This document shows, in pieces, positions 18,313 through 26,923 of a stretch of 29,059 nucleotides of DNA. This stretch comes from Rhizobiaceae bacterium (GTDB lineage Bacteria > Pseudomonadota > Alphaproteobacteria > Rhizobiales > Rhizobiaceae): NCBI GenBank assembly GCA_049290135.1, contig JBATNB010000342.1:1-29059 (forward strand), read 5' to 3'. The notes beneath the pieces were generated by a model that saw only the letters and a list, made by a program, of their open reading frames with translations, did no database searches and was not told the origin of the DNA. The position numbers were made by a program, and so were the translations under genes. Each line of letters starts with the position of its first letter. The first letter of the stretch is position 1.

Positions 18313-18465
18313 GAATTCGTGGCGATGTAAGAGCGGCGCAAGGTAGACGATAAAATATTGAAATCATTGCATTTTTTGGCGCGTTGAGCCTTGACGGACA
18401 ACTGGTTCGAAAGCTAGCGAGCTTCACCAAGGGAAGTTTTTCTTAATCGAAGTGGGGGCTGTAGA

Positions 18466-21400
18466 ATGAGAATCGCTGATGCTTTGGGCGTGAGTGACGC
18501 AAAGGCCCGCGACTTCCGTCGTCGTGCCTTGCTTTCGGTGTCGACGGTGGCCATCGCGCTTGCCTAGTCGGTCAGCCCGGCGCGAGCCGATGGCGACTAT
18601 AGCCTCAATGGCGGTCCTGCGGTCCCTTTTGGGCCAGCGGTCAACCCGTGGTTCCTTGTCGGCAATTCCTTTGTTCCGGAAGTCGTGAATGTAACCGCCG
18701 ACCACGCGACCGACATCTGGGTGAATACCGAGCTTCTCGCGGCGACCGGCGTGGGCAACACGACGAATGTCCTGGGCGGGGTGACGATCGCGACATCGGG
18801 CTACGGCATCTGGACCCGGAGCTGGACGGCGGACATCCTCATGAACATGGCCGGAACCATCAATTCCGCCAACACCGGCATCCTCACCGGGACGACGACG
18901 GGCGCCATCACCGCTGACGGACTTGGCACGGGGACGATCAACGCCGGTGCCTATGGCGTCTACGCCATTTCGGCAGGCGGCGACATTTCGGTTGTCAATT
19001 TCCTTGGTGGCATTGCCGGTCCGGCGACGGCGGTCTACGTCGAATCCATTCCCGGCGGAAACCTGACCGTGACCGGCAACGGCGACCTGACCGGCGGCGA
19101 AGGCGTTATCGCGTGGACGTCCAGCACCGACGGCGTGAACGGCGATATCGTCGTGTCGGACAACGGCGTCATAACCGGAGAAATCGCCGACGGCGTCCGG
19201 GCGTGGACGACCCTCGGCGGCGACATCATCATCAACAACAACACCTCGGTCGGCGCCGTCGGCGATGCCATCGAGGCATGGACCGGTGGAGACGGCTCCG
19301 GCAACGGCGACATCACCATAACCGGCAACGGCAACATCATCAGCTTCGCGGCCGACGGAATCCGGGCCTATTCCAACCTCGGACTTGGCGGCGATATCAC
19401 TGTCTCCGGCAATGGCAACATTTCCGGGTTGGCCGACGGGGTCGAAATCCTTGCCGGCGCCACCCTGGCTGGCGCGGGTGGAAACATCGTCGTGACCGAC
19501 AATGGCGCGATCAACGGCACGGCGGGCGACGGCATCCGCGTTTGGTCGAATGTCGGCGCCGGCGGCGATGTCACCGTGACGGGGAATGGTCCGGTGACCG
19601 GTGGGCTTTCCGGGATCGTCGCGCTGGCGCTCGGCGATGGCGCGATCACCGTCCAGACGGATCAGGACGTCACCGGCCTGACCCAGTATGGCATCTTTAC
19701 CGACAACGGCGACGGCGTGACCTCGATCGCCATTGACGGCGGCACGATCACGGGCGTGCGCGGCATCGGCATGTCGACAGACAACGGACAAGCCACGCTC
19801 GACATCGCTGCCGGCGCAATCGTGCAGGGCACCGAATACGGCCTGCTGACTGCAACACTGGCCGGCGGCCTGGCGACGACCAACAATGCCGGCGTCATTC
19901 GCGACACGACGGATACAGGCGCCGCGGAAGGCGACGCGGGCGGCGACGCGATCTGGTCCTGGTTCGGCAACAACATCATCAACAACGAGGCCGGCGGCGA
20001 AATTGTCGGTCGTATCCACTCCGAAGGGTCGCTGACCTTCACGCTGAACAATCTGGCCGGCGCGATCTGGACGCCTGGAACCGGTTTTTTCAACGAATTC
20101 TACGGTGCCGACGACACGATCAACAATGCCGGCATCATCAACATTCGCGACGGCCTGACCACCTTCGACGGTCTTGAGACGTTCAACAACCTGTCGGGCG
20201 GCATCGTCAATCTCCAGTACAGCGGCGGAACGAACGAAATCCTGTGGGTCGAGACCTTCGCGCCGCAGGACGGCGGCATGCTCGCCTTCGACGTCGATTT
20301 CTCCCTCGCAAACGACTTCGGCGATTCGTCTTCGACCGGTCTCGGTCAAGCCGATACCATTGCGGTCGTCGGCGCCGCGACGCCTTCCGGCGTCACGAGC
20401 GTCGATCTGGCGCTGGCCGGCTTCAGCATTCCGAGCCTGATCGGCACGTCGGGATCGATCGTGCTTGTTGACACCATGGCCGCCGACCTGACCGACCCCG
20501 GCCTGGGCGGATTGGCCAGCGTCATCGCATCGGACAATTATACGTTCGTATCCGACCCGACCTCGGGCGCGGTCGCGTTCTTCCTGGTGGAGGACGCCGC
20601 TGGCGGCCTCTACATGCAATGGATGCCGAACATCACGGCCGATTCGCTCGGCGGCTATTCGGGCGGCAGCCTTTCGGGTTCGCCAGCGCGTGGCCAGGAC
20701 ATCGCCTTCGCTGGCGCCGGTTCGGCCGGCGTCGGCCCGTCCGCGGTCAGTGGCGGGCCTTCGGGCGGCGGAGTTTCGGGAAGTGTCGCCGACGACGCGG
20801 CGTTCGCCGCCGCTGGGCAGGGCTCTTCGCAAGCCTGCAACGACGCGAATCGTCGGCGTTTCTGGTCGCAGGTGGAGGGGTCCGGCTCCTCGTTCCTCGG
20901 CGGAGCAAGCAGCTGGTCCTTCGGCGGCGCTTTCGGCGTCGAAACCGACCTTTCGGAACGTATGGGACTGGCCTGCGGACAGCGGGTTGTCGGCGCCTTC
21001 GCTTTTGTCAACAGAACCGGCGCCGAATGGTCAACCGGCGGATCTCAGGGCATGAATTATGGTTTGGGTACCTATGCCCGGGCCATGTCGGACAACGGCT
21101 TCTACGGGTCGCCGCTCGGCGCCGTGGCGTTTTCCAGCACCGATCTGGCCAATGGTATTTTCGGCTCGACGGCAACCCAGAATGCGACGATGCTCATGGT
21201 CAATGGCGCTGTCGGCATCGTCAGGCCGGTCTCGGACGCTTCGTGGATCGATCTGCGTGCCTATGCCGCCTATTCCGCGACCTCCGGGGACGCGTTCACC
21301 GACTCGGCCGGGATCGCTGTCGACGGCAGCGCTGCGAACGTTCTGACGGTCGGCGCGCTGGCTGGCCTCCATCATCGTTTCGATGAGAAGACGACGGGCT

Positions 21401-21618
21401 TCATCCGCGCCGGGGCCAAATGGGCGACCGCATCGCGGTCGATGTCGGCTTTCGGCATCTCCGTCAGTGGCGTGTCGAGCGGCGTGTTCGGTTCGATCGA
21501 GACCGGTTTCGATGCGAAAATCAACGAGAACACGTCATTCAGCGGCGTTGCCTTCGGTGATTTCGGCTCGGGATCCACCAGCTACGGCGGCAGGGCAAAG
21601 CTCTCGGTAAAATTCTGA
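18466..21618 (+). pseudogene. Autotransporter (type Va-like) adhesin with Gly/Asn/Thr-rich repeat passenger; in-frame TAG at 18565-18567 in the signal peptide
   Basis: ATG 18466 after GGGGG gives MRIADALGVSDAKARDFRRRALLSVSTVAIALA*SVSPARA|DG, in frame with the 977-aa ORF. About 30-aa imperfect repeats. The C-terminal ~255 aa have alternating beta-strand pattern and end in AKLSVKF (terminal Phe). Confidence 0.82.
18860..19700 (+). repeat. Imperfect ~28-32-aa tandem repeats in the autotransporter passenger
   Basis: Recurrent unit DG(I/V)x(A/V)W(S/T)..GGD(I/V)x(I/V)xxNGxI, e.g. DGVRAWTTLGGDIIINNN, DAIEAWTGG..GDITITGNGNI, DGIRAYSN..GGDITVSGNGNI, DGIRVWSN..GGDVTVTGNG. Boundaries approximate. Confidence 0.75.
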
Positions 21619-21672
21619 GGCCCTGCCATTACCGATCTGTGGCCTCGTCGCTTGGGGGCGGGCGGTGGGCTT

Positions 21673-21711
21673 CGGATGGAAGAGAGGTGAAAACCTCTCT
21701 TCTTTCATCCG
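21673..21711 (+). terminator. Strong hairpin downstream of the autotransporter, probable terminator
   Basis: GAAGAGAGGT(21679-21688)-GAAA-ACCTCTCTTC(21693-21702), extended by CGGATG/CATCCG across a TTT bulge. Confidence 0.6.
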
Positions 21712-22044
21712 TTTGTAGAAAAATACCTCGAAATACACGCGCATTACTTTCGCATTTTACTGCGAGGTCATTTTTGCCTGGCTTGCCGGTCCATCTTGAA
21801 TCTCGAAATTCGAATGATGTTGTTTTGTATCACAAAAGCAGCAGTTGAAGCACAAGGGAAATCGGCGCAAGAAGCTGTACTGATGCTAACTATAGTCAAA
21901 GCTGCGACGTATGCTGCTTGAATATAAGTCAGTAGATCGGGCATGCAGTAATTCACTCTCGCGAAAAGTGAATTGTTCGGACAGTGATCGCGTTTATGCG
22001 AAAGCCGCAAGTAAATACTCTTACATAGAAATGAAGTAAAACAA

Positions 22045-22300
22045 GGTCACTGTGTGGCGCAGTCTGGCGTGCCTTGGCGCGACCTGCCGCCCGAGTTCGG
22101 CAACTGGCACCCGATCCACCGGCAGTATCGCCACGGGACCGGAGACGCCGTCCGGGACGTTTTTGCTGGCGGCACTTTCGGCGCGCGAAGCCTCAGACAC
22201 CGCGATGCGAATGGTTGTCTCCACCATCGTCCGGGGGCATTGGAACGGCACCAGCGGAAGCGGGATTCGCGGAAACGCAATCGGCCGTTCGCGCGGCGAG
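22045..22300 (+). mobile_element. IS5-family (IS427-group-like) transposase remnant
   Basis: VAQSGVPWRDLPPEFGNWHPIHRQYR, then after a frameshift RMVVSTIVRGH...AIGRSRG. This matches IS5 G.PWRDLP..FG.W..V..RF..W / IDST.VRAH / IGRSRGG, with the catalytic Asp lost and both ends missing. Confidence 0.82.
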
Positions 22301-22626
22301 ATCGCGCAGCAGCCAGGACGTTTTGGCCAAAGCCGTTTCCGCGGCGCCACTGGGCCTGAGGTTCTCAAGATACGTCTTTGCACCAATCCCCAATGTCAGG
22401 CGCGTTGCCGTTTCACCGCATCCCGTTTCTGCCGAGCGTCGGCAAGGGGAACGACCGGATGTGTGCCGAATGACAGGATGTTGGCCTTTCCGCCCTGCCT
22501 GGAGCGGAATTGCCAGAGCTTCCCGCCCGCCGGATGGACGGGCAAATGCAGGCCGTCCCTATCGCTCCGCCGAAAGGGCCTGCCTCTCCGGGCAGCCTTG
22601 CGAATCGTCAAATCCGACAATGGCAG
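22293..22626 (-). pseudogene. P4-type tyrosine integrase N-terminal remnant (arm-binding domain and start of the core-binding domain)
   Basis: LPLSDLTIRKA..RPFRRSDRDGLHLPVHPAGGKLWQFRSRQGGKANILSFGTHPVVPLADARQKRD matches the P4-integrase N-terminus (MPL.D..IR.A.P....K..DG.GL.L.V...G.K.W...YR..GK...L..G.YP.V.LA.AR..RD). It resumes in another frame as YLENLRPSGAAETALAKTSWLLRDLAA. The start position is CTG and there is no catalytic domain. Confidence 0.85.
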
Positions 22627-22787
22627 GTGAGGAACGCCCGTCCGCTTCGCTTCGCTCACGCGCAACCTTGCTCGCATTGCGTGCGTTTCAAGGCATAGCG
22701 ATGAGAAGGTATAAACAGTGGCGAGGTCGCGAACGACCGGAACCGCAATGTTTTCGGCGACCTGTGTTTTATCTTGGGAAGAAAGGA

Positions 22788-22863
22788 TGGTGCCCAGGGG
22801 CGGAATCGAACCACCGACACCATGATTTTCAGTCATGTGCTCTACCAACTGAGCTACCTGGGC
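22788..22863 (-). tRNA. tRNA-Phe (anticodon GAA)
   Basis: GCCCAGGTAGCTCAGTTGGTAGAGCACATGACTGAAAATCATGGTGTCGGTGGTTCGATTCCGCCCCTGGGCACCA; 76 nt cloverleaf with CCA. Confidence 0.98.
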
Positions 22864-22926
22864 AAACCATGCTTGCCGACCCGGGGGCCAGCCGGGTGGC
22901 GTTGGCAATCCACCCGAAGCGGGCGG

Positions 22927-22954
22927 TTTATAGCATCATAAAACCCGCTGTCCA
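22927..22954 (-). promoter_or_regulatory. Sigma70-type promoter of tRNA-Phe
   Basis: Minus strand TGGACA-16 bp-TATAAA with extended TGn, about 65 nt upstream of the tRNA. Confidence 0.6.
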
Positions 22955-22967
22955 GCGTGCCGGAGCA

Positions 22968-23174
22968 TTAGTTTTCAGGGGCATCCGCCGCCAGGTCGTC
23001 ATCGTTCAGCGGTCGCGGGAGCACATAGGCTCCCGAAAGCCACCGGTTGAGGTCGACGGCCTTGCAGCGCGGCGAGCAGAACGGGAAATGCGCCCGTTGC
23101 ACCGGCTTTCCGCATTCCGGGCACTTCACCCGCGGCCGGAGCGGCGTGACCTTCTCGGGGTCCGGGCCGGTCAT
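22968..23174 (-). CDS. yacG: DNA gyrase inhibitor YacG (zinc finger)
   Basis: CPECGK...[24 protein letters not shown] 23174 overlaps the maf stop (ATGA). Confidence 0.93.
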   Translation of the reverse strand: MTGPDPEKVTPLRPRVKCPECGKPVQRAHFPFCSPRCKAVDLNRWLSGAYVLPRPLNDDDLAADAPEN

Positions 23175-23794
23175 GCCGGAGAACTGCCCTTGAGCCAGTT
23201 GAAGTGCACGCGGAAACCCTCGCCGGTCAGGAGCGTCACCGTCTCGTGGAGCGGCAGCCCGACCACGTTCGTGTACGAGCCGACGAGCTTGACCACGAAG
23301 GTCGCTGCCAGACCCTGGATGGCGTATCCGCCGGCCTTGCCGCGCCACTCGCCCGACGCCAGATAGCTTTCGATTTCCTCGCGCGACAGCCGCTTGAACC
23401 GCACGCGCGTTTCCACCAGCCGCTGCCGGTGCTTGCCGCCCGGCGTCATCAGGCTGATGGCGGTGTGGACCCGATGCGCGCGGCCCGAAAGCAGCCGCAG
23501 GCAATATTGCGCTTCCTCGATCGTTTCGGCCTTGGGCAGGATGCGCCGGCCGACGGAGACCACCGTGTCAGCGGCCAGCAGATAGGCCTCGCCGTCGCTG
23601 CCCAGCCGCGCATGCGCCCGCGTCGCCTTTTCAAAGGCCAGCCGCTTGGCCAGCGAGCGCGGATGCTCGCTGCGCAACGGCGTCTCGTCCATGTCCACCG
23701 GAATGAGTTCGTCGGGCTCGATGCCGGCCTGTTCGAGCAGCATGACCCGCCTGGGTGAGCCGGAAGCCAGCACGAGCTTCTGCAATGCGCTCAT
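23171..23794 (-). CDS. maf: Maf-family nucleotide pyrophosphatase
   Basis: [52 protein letters not shown]. Start ATG 23794. Confidence 0.95.
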   Translation of the reverse strand: MSALQKLVLASGSPRRVMLLEQAGIEPDELIPVDMDETPLRSEHPRSLAKRLAFEKATRAHARLGSDGEAYLLAADTVVSVGRRILPKAETIEEAQYCLRLLSGRAHRVHTAISLMTPGGKHRQRLVETRVRFKRLSREEIESYLASGEWRGKAGGYAIQGLAATFVVKLVGSYTNVVGLPLHETVTLLTGEGFRVHFNWLKGSSPA

Positions 23795-23836
23795 GGAGCG
23801 TGTTCCCCGCCAGTCCGGCACCGGGCCGGACGCGCC

Positions 23837-24055
23837 TTACTTGAACCGGTAGGTGATGCGGCCCTTGGTCAGGTCGTAGGGCGTCATCTCGACCAGGACC
23901 TTGTCGCCCGTCAGCACGCGGATGCGGTTCTTGCGCATTCGCCCGGCGGTGTGGGCCACGATTTCATGCTCGTTTTCGAGTTTCACGCGAAACATCGCGT
24001 TCGGCAAAAGTTCGGTCACGACGCCTGGAAATTCCAGGACTTCTTCCTTCGGCAT
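23837..24055 (-). CDS. infA: Translation initiation factor IF-1
   Basis: [30 protein letters not shown]...[42 protein letters not shown]. Confidence 0.99.
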   Translation of the reverse strand: MPKEEVLEFPGVVTELLPNAMFRVKLENEHEIVAHTAGRMRKNRIRVLTGDKVLVEMTPYDLTKGRITYRFK

Positions 24056-24148
24056 TCTGTCTCCTGGGGTTTGCCCGGCCGTCTCCGGCCGGAAAATCGC
24101 GCGGACCCTATATGATTGTCCGGCGTTTGTGAACTCGTCCGCCAGTCG

Positions 24149-24619
24149 TCATGCCGCGCCGGCGGAGAACCGCTGTCCGATGCGCCGGGCGAGGTCGTCG
24201 CGCACGGCCCGATAGGCATCGAGTACCTGCTCGCGGCTGCCGGCCGTCCCGGTCGGATCGTGCACGGGCCAGTATTCCACGTCGGTTGCCATGCCGCGCG
24301 CCGCATCCTCCGCCGCCGCCCGCGCCTCGTCCGTCAGCGCGATCACCACGTCGAAATAGGTATCGTCGAGGTCGTCGAGCGAGCGCGGCGCATGCGCCGC
24401 CGGCTTCAGGCCGATTTCGTCGAGAACGACTTCCACGAACGGATCCGGCTCCCCGGTCGAAAGCCCCGCCGATGCGATGAAGACCCGATCGCCGAGCGCC
24501 TTCCTGGCAATCTGCTCGGCCATGGGTGAACGTACGCAATTGAGCCCGCACAGGAACAGCACGGATTTCGGCATCAACCTGTGCCCGTTTGTGCCGTTTG
24601 CCGTGCCGTTCGCCGCCAC
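24149..24619 (-). CDS. Low-molecular-weight protein-tyrosine phosphatase / ArsC-like protein
   Basis: VLFLCGLNCVRSPMAE P-loop (Cx5R), SAG, FDVVIAL, WPVHDP. Start uncertain (GTG 24619 or ATG 24574). Confidence 0.85.
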   Translation of the reverse strand: MAANGTANGTNGHRLMPKSVLFLCGLNCVRSPMAEQIARKALGDRVFIASAGLSTGEPDPFVEVVLDEIGLKPAAHAPRSLDDLDDTYFDVVIALTDEARAAAEDAARGMATDVEYWPVHDPTGTAGSREQVLDAYRAVRDDLARRIGQRFSAGAA

Positions 24620-24623
24620 CGCT

Positions 24624-25109
24624 TCACCCGCGCCAATGCAGGACGCAAACGAGGGTGAACAGTCGGCGCGCCGTGTCGAAATCCATGTGGATCTTGCCAT
24701 CGAGCCGGTCCATCAGGGTCTGCGAGCCCTCATTGTGCAGCCCGCGCCGGCCCATGTCGATCGCCTCGATCTGGCTGGGCGAGGAGGTGCGGATCGCTTC
24801 GTAGTAGCTTTCACAGATCATGTAATAGTCCTTCACGATCCGGCGGAAGGGCGTCAGCGACAGGATATGCGAGACGACATGGTCGCCGCCCTCGCGCGAC
24901 ACGGCGAATACAAGTCGGTGCTCGGCCAGGGACAGCCTGAGCTTGTAGGGTCCGCTCTCGCCATCGCCCGCGGGCTGGAACCGGTTCTCCTCGATGAGAT
25001 CGAACACCGCGACGGCACGTTCATGTTCGACGTCGGGCGTCGACCGGCCGATCGACTCGTCCAGTTCCACATCCATCAGGCGCGCATTGGGCGGCAGCTT
25101 GTTCGTCAT
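24624..25109 (-). CDS. UPF0262 family protein
   Basis: [70 protein letters not shown]; usual position after hisD. Confidence 0.9.
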   Translation of the reverse strand: MTNKLPPNARLMDVELDESIGRSTPDVEHERAVAVFDLIEENRFQPAGDGESGPYKLRLSLAEHRLVFAVSREGGDHVVSHILSLTPFRRIVKDYYMICESYYEAIRTSSPSQIEAIDMGRRGLHNEGSQTLMDRLDGKIHMDFDTARRLFTLVCVLHWRG

Positions 25110-25116
25110 CGGCGCC

Positions 25117-26409
25117 TCAACGGTTCATCCGGATGGCGACGGAGCGGGCATGGGCATCGAGCCCCTCGGCCCGGGCAAGCGTCACCGCCGCCGGCCCGAG
25201 CGCGGCCAGTTGCTCAGGCCCGAGTTTCAGCACCGATGTGCGCTTGACGAAGTCGAGCACCGACAGGCCGGAGGCGAACCGCGCCGAACGCGCCGTCGGC
25301 AGCACGTGGTTGGAGCCCCCGACATAATCGCCGATCACTTCCGGCGTGTGGCGTCCGATGAAGATTGCGCCGGCATTGCGCAGCCGGTCGGCAAAGGCGT
25401 CGGCATCGTCGAACGCCAGTTCCACATGCTCGGCGGCGATGCGATCGGCAATCGGCAGCGCGGCGTCGAGGCCGGCGACCAGGATGATGGCGCCGAAGTC
25501 GCGCCAACTGGCAGACGCGGTCTCGCGGCGCGGCAGCAGCGGAAGCTGCCGTTCAACGGCGGCCGCGACCGCGTCGGCGAACCCGGCGTCGTCCGTCACC
25601 AGGATCGATTGCGCTGCCGCGTCGTGCTCGGCCTGCGCCAGGAGGTCGGCCGCGATCCAGTCGGGATCGTTGGCGCCATCGGCGATCACCAGCACTTCGG
25701 AGGGACCGGCGATCATGTCGATGCCGACCTGGCCGAACACCTGCCGCTTGGCCGCCGCCACATAGGCGTTTCCCGGCCCGACGATCTTGGCCACCGGGCG
25801 GATCGGACCGGCACCGTAGGCGAGTGCGGCGATCGCCTGCGCGCCGCCGATCCGGTAAATCTCGCTCACCCCGCACAGCCGCGCCGCCGCGAGCACCAGC
25901 GGGTTGAGTTCGCCGCCGGGGGCGGGGACCGCCATGACGATGCGTTCGACGCCGGCTACGATCGCCGGAATCGCATTCATCAGCACCGAACTCGGGTAGC
26001 TCGCCGCACCGCCCGGCACGTAGAGGCCGACCGACTCGATCGCCGTCCAGCGCGATCCGAGCTCCACCCCGATCGCATCGACATAGCGGTCGTCGACCGG
26101 CCGCTGGCGCCGGTGGTGGGAAAGGATCCGGTCATGGGCGACCTGGAGTGCGTCCCGCAGTGCCGTCGGCGTGGCGTCCCACGCGGCGTCGAGTTCGGCC
26201 TCGGCGACCCGGAGCGGAACCCGGGCATGATCGATGCGGTCGAATTGCAGCGAATAGGCGCGAAGTGCTGCTTCGCCCTCGTCCCGCACCGTGACGATGA
26301 TGGCGCGCACGGCGGCGTCGACATCGGCGGAAACCTCGCGCTTCGCGCCGAGCAAGGCGGCGAACCGGGGTTCGAAATCGGCGGAGCGGGCATCAAGGCG
26401 CGTGACCAT
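25117..26409 (-). CDS. hisD: Histidinol dehydrogenase
   Basis: [78 protein letters not shown]. Start ATG 26409. Confidence 0.97.
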   Translation of the reverse strand: MVTRLDARSADFEPRFAALLGAKREVSADVDAAVRAIIVTVRDEGEAALRAYSLQFDRIDHARVPLRVAEAELDAAWDATPTALRDALQVAHDRILSHHRRQRPVDDRYVDAIGVELGSRWTAIESVGLYVPGGAASYPSSVLMNAIPAIVAGVERIVMAVPAPGGELNPLVLAAARLCGVSEIYRIGGAQAIAALAYGAGPIRPVAKIVGPGNAYVAAAKRQVFGQVGIDMIAGPSEVLVIADGANDPDWIAADLLAQAEHDAAAQSILVTDDAGFADAVAAAVERQLPLLPRRETASASWRDFGAIILVAGLDAALPIADRIAAEHVELAFDDADAFADRLRNAGAIFIGRHTPEVIGDYVGGSNHVLPTARSARFASGLSVLDFVKRTSVLKLGPEQLAALGPAAVTLARAEGLDAHARSVAIRMNR

Positions 26410-26414
26410 GCCGA

Positions 26415-26849
26415 TCACACCCCGTGGACGGGCCGGCCGGCCGCCTGCCAGCGCGTACCGAGATCGGTGAGCCGCGCCTCGATGCATTCGACGTCGAGCC
26501 GCATGACCGCGCCGCCGGAGAACACCAGTTCGATGGCGCGGGCCGGCCGCGTCTCGTCAACCGGGCGCACGGCGAGCAGCGAAAGCACGTCGGCGGGCTT
26601 GCCGCGGTCGACGCCGATGGTCCTGATGGCGCTGACCCGGTCGAACTGCAGCACGGCGCGCCGCCGTTCCCGCGCCTTTGCCAGGAAAGACCCCTTCGCG
26701 TCCCAGGCAAAGCGGTTCATGGCAAGCAGCAGGCGCTTGTCGCGCGGTTGCCAGTCGATGTCGGCAACCGTCATCACCGCATCCTGGAGATGCGCGGACA
26801 GCACGACAAGATCATCTTCGTCGAGCGCGGCGAGTTTGAGATCGGTCAT
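26415..26849 (-). CDS. DUF2948 family protein
   Basis: LKLAALDEDDL.VLSAHLQDAV, NRFAW, LSLLAV, FSGG..MRLDVECIEARLTDLG; between murA and hisD. Confidence 0.88.
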   Translation of the reverse strand: MTDLKLAALDEDDLVVLSAHLQDAVMTVADIDWQPRDKRLLLAMNRFAWDAKGSFLAKARERRRAVLQFDRVSAIRTIGVDRGKPADVLSLLAVRPVDETRPARAIELVFSGGAVMRLDVECIEARLTDLGTRWQAAGRPVHGV

Positions 26850-26923
26850 GGCCGGCAAGTGTTTCTGGTCGGAATGCCTCGATAAGGCGTTCGGCGTGCC
26901 GGCGCAACGTCACCGGCCCGCGC

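Larger units (their letters stand above)
16580..22787. mobile_element. Decayed genomic island at the 3' end of tRNA-Phe
   Basis: Integrase remnant immediately downstream of tRNA-Phe, two IS remnants, visibly AT-richer intergenic DNA and interrupted cargo genes, flanked by housekeeping genes. Left boundary approximate; no convincing att duplicate found. Confidence 0.7.

Noticed and set aside
17289..18567. Stop-codon reassignment or programmed readthrough explaining the in-frame TAA/TAG
   Set aside because: TAA and TAG are true stops for core genes here (infA and yacG TAA; soxE, pyrD and murA TAG), and none of the three tRNAs is a suppressor.
12351..21618. Gly-rich 977-aa protein as the substrate of the nearby type I secretion system
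   Set aside because: It has an N-terminal signal peptide and a C-terminal beta-barrel ending in Phe (type V features) and lacks RTX GGxGxDxL repeats.
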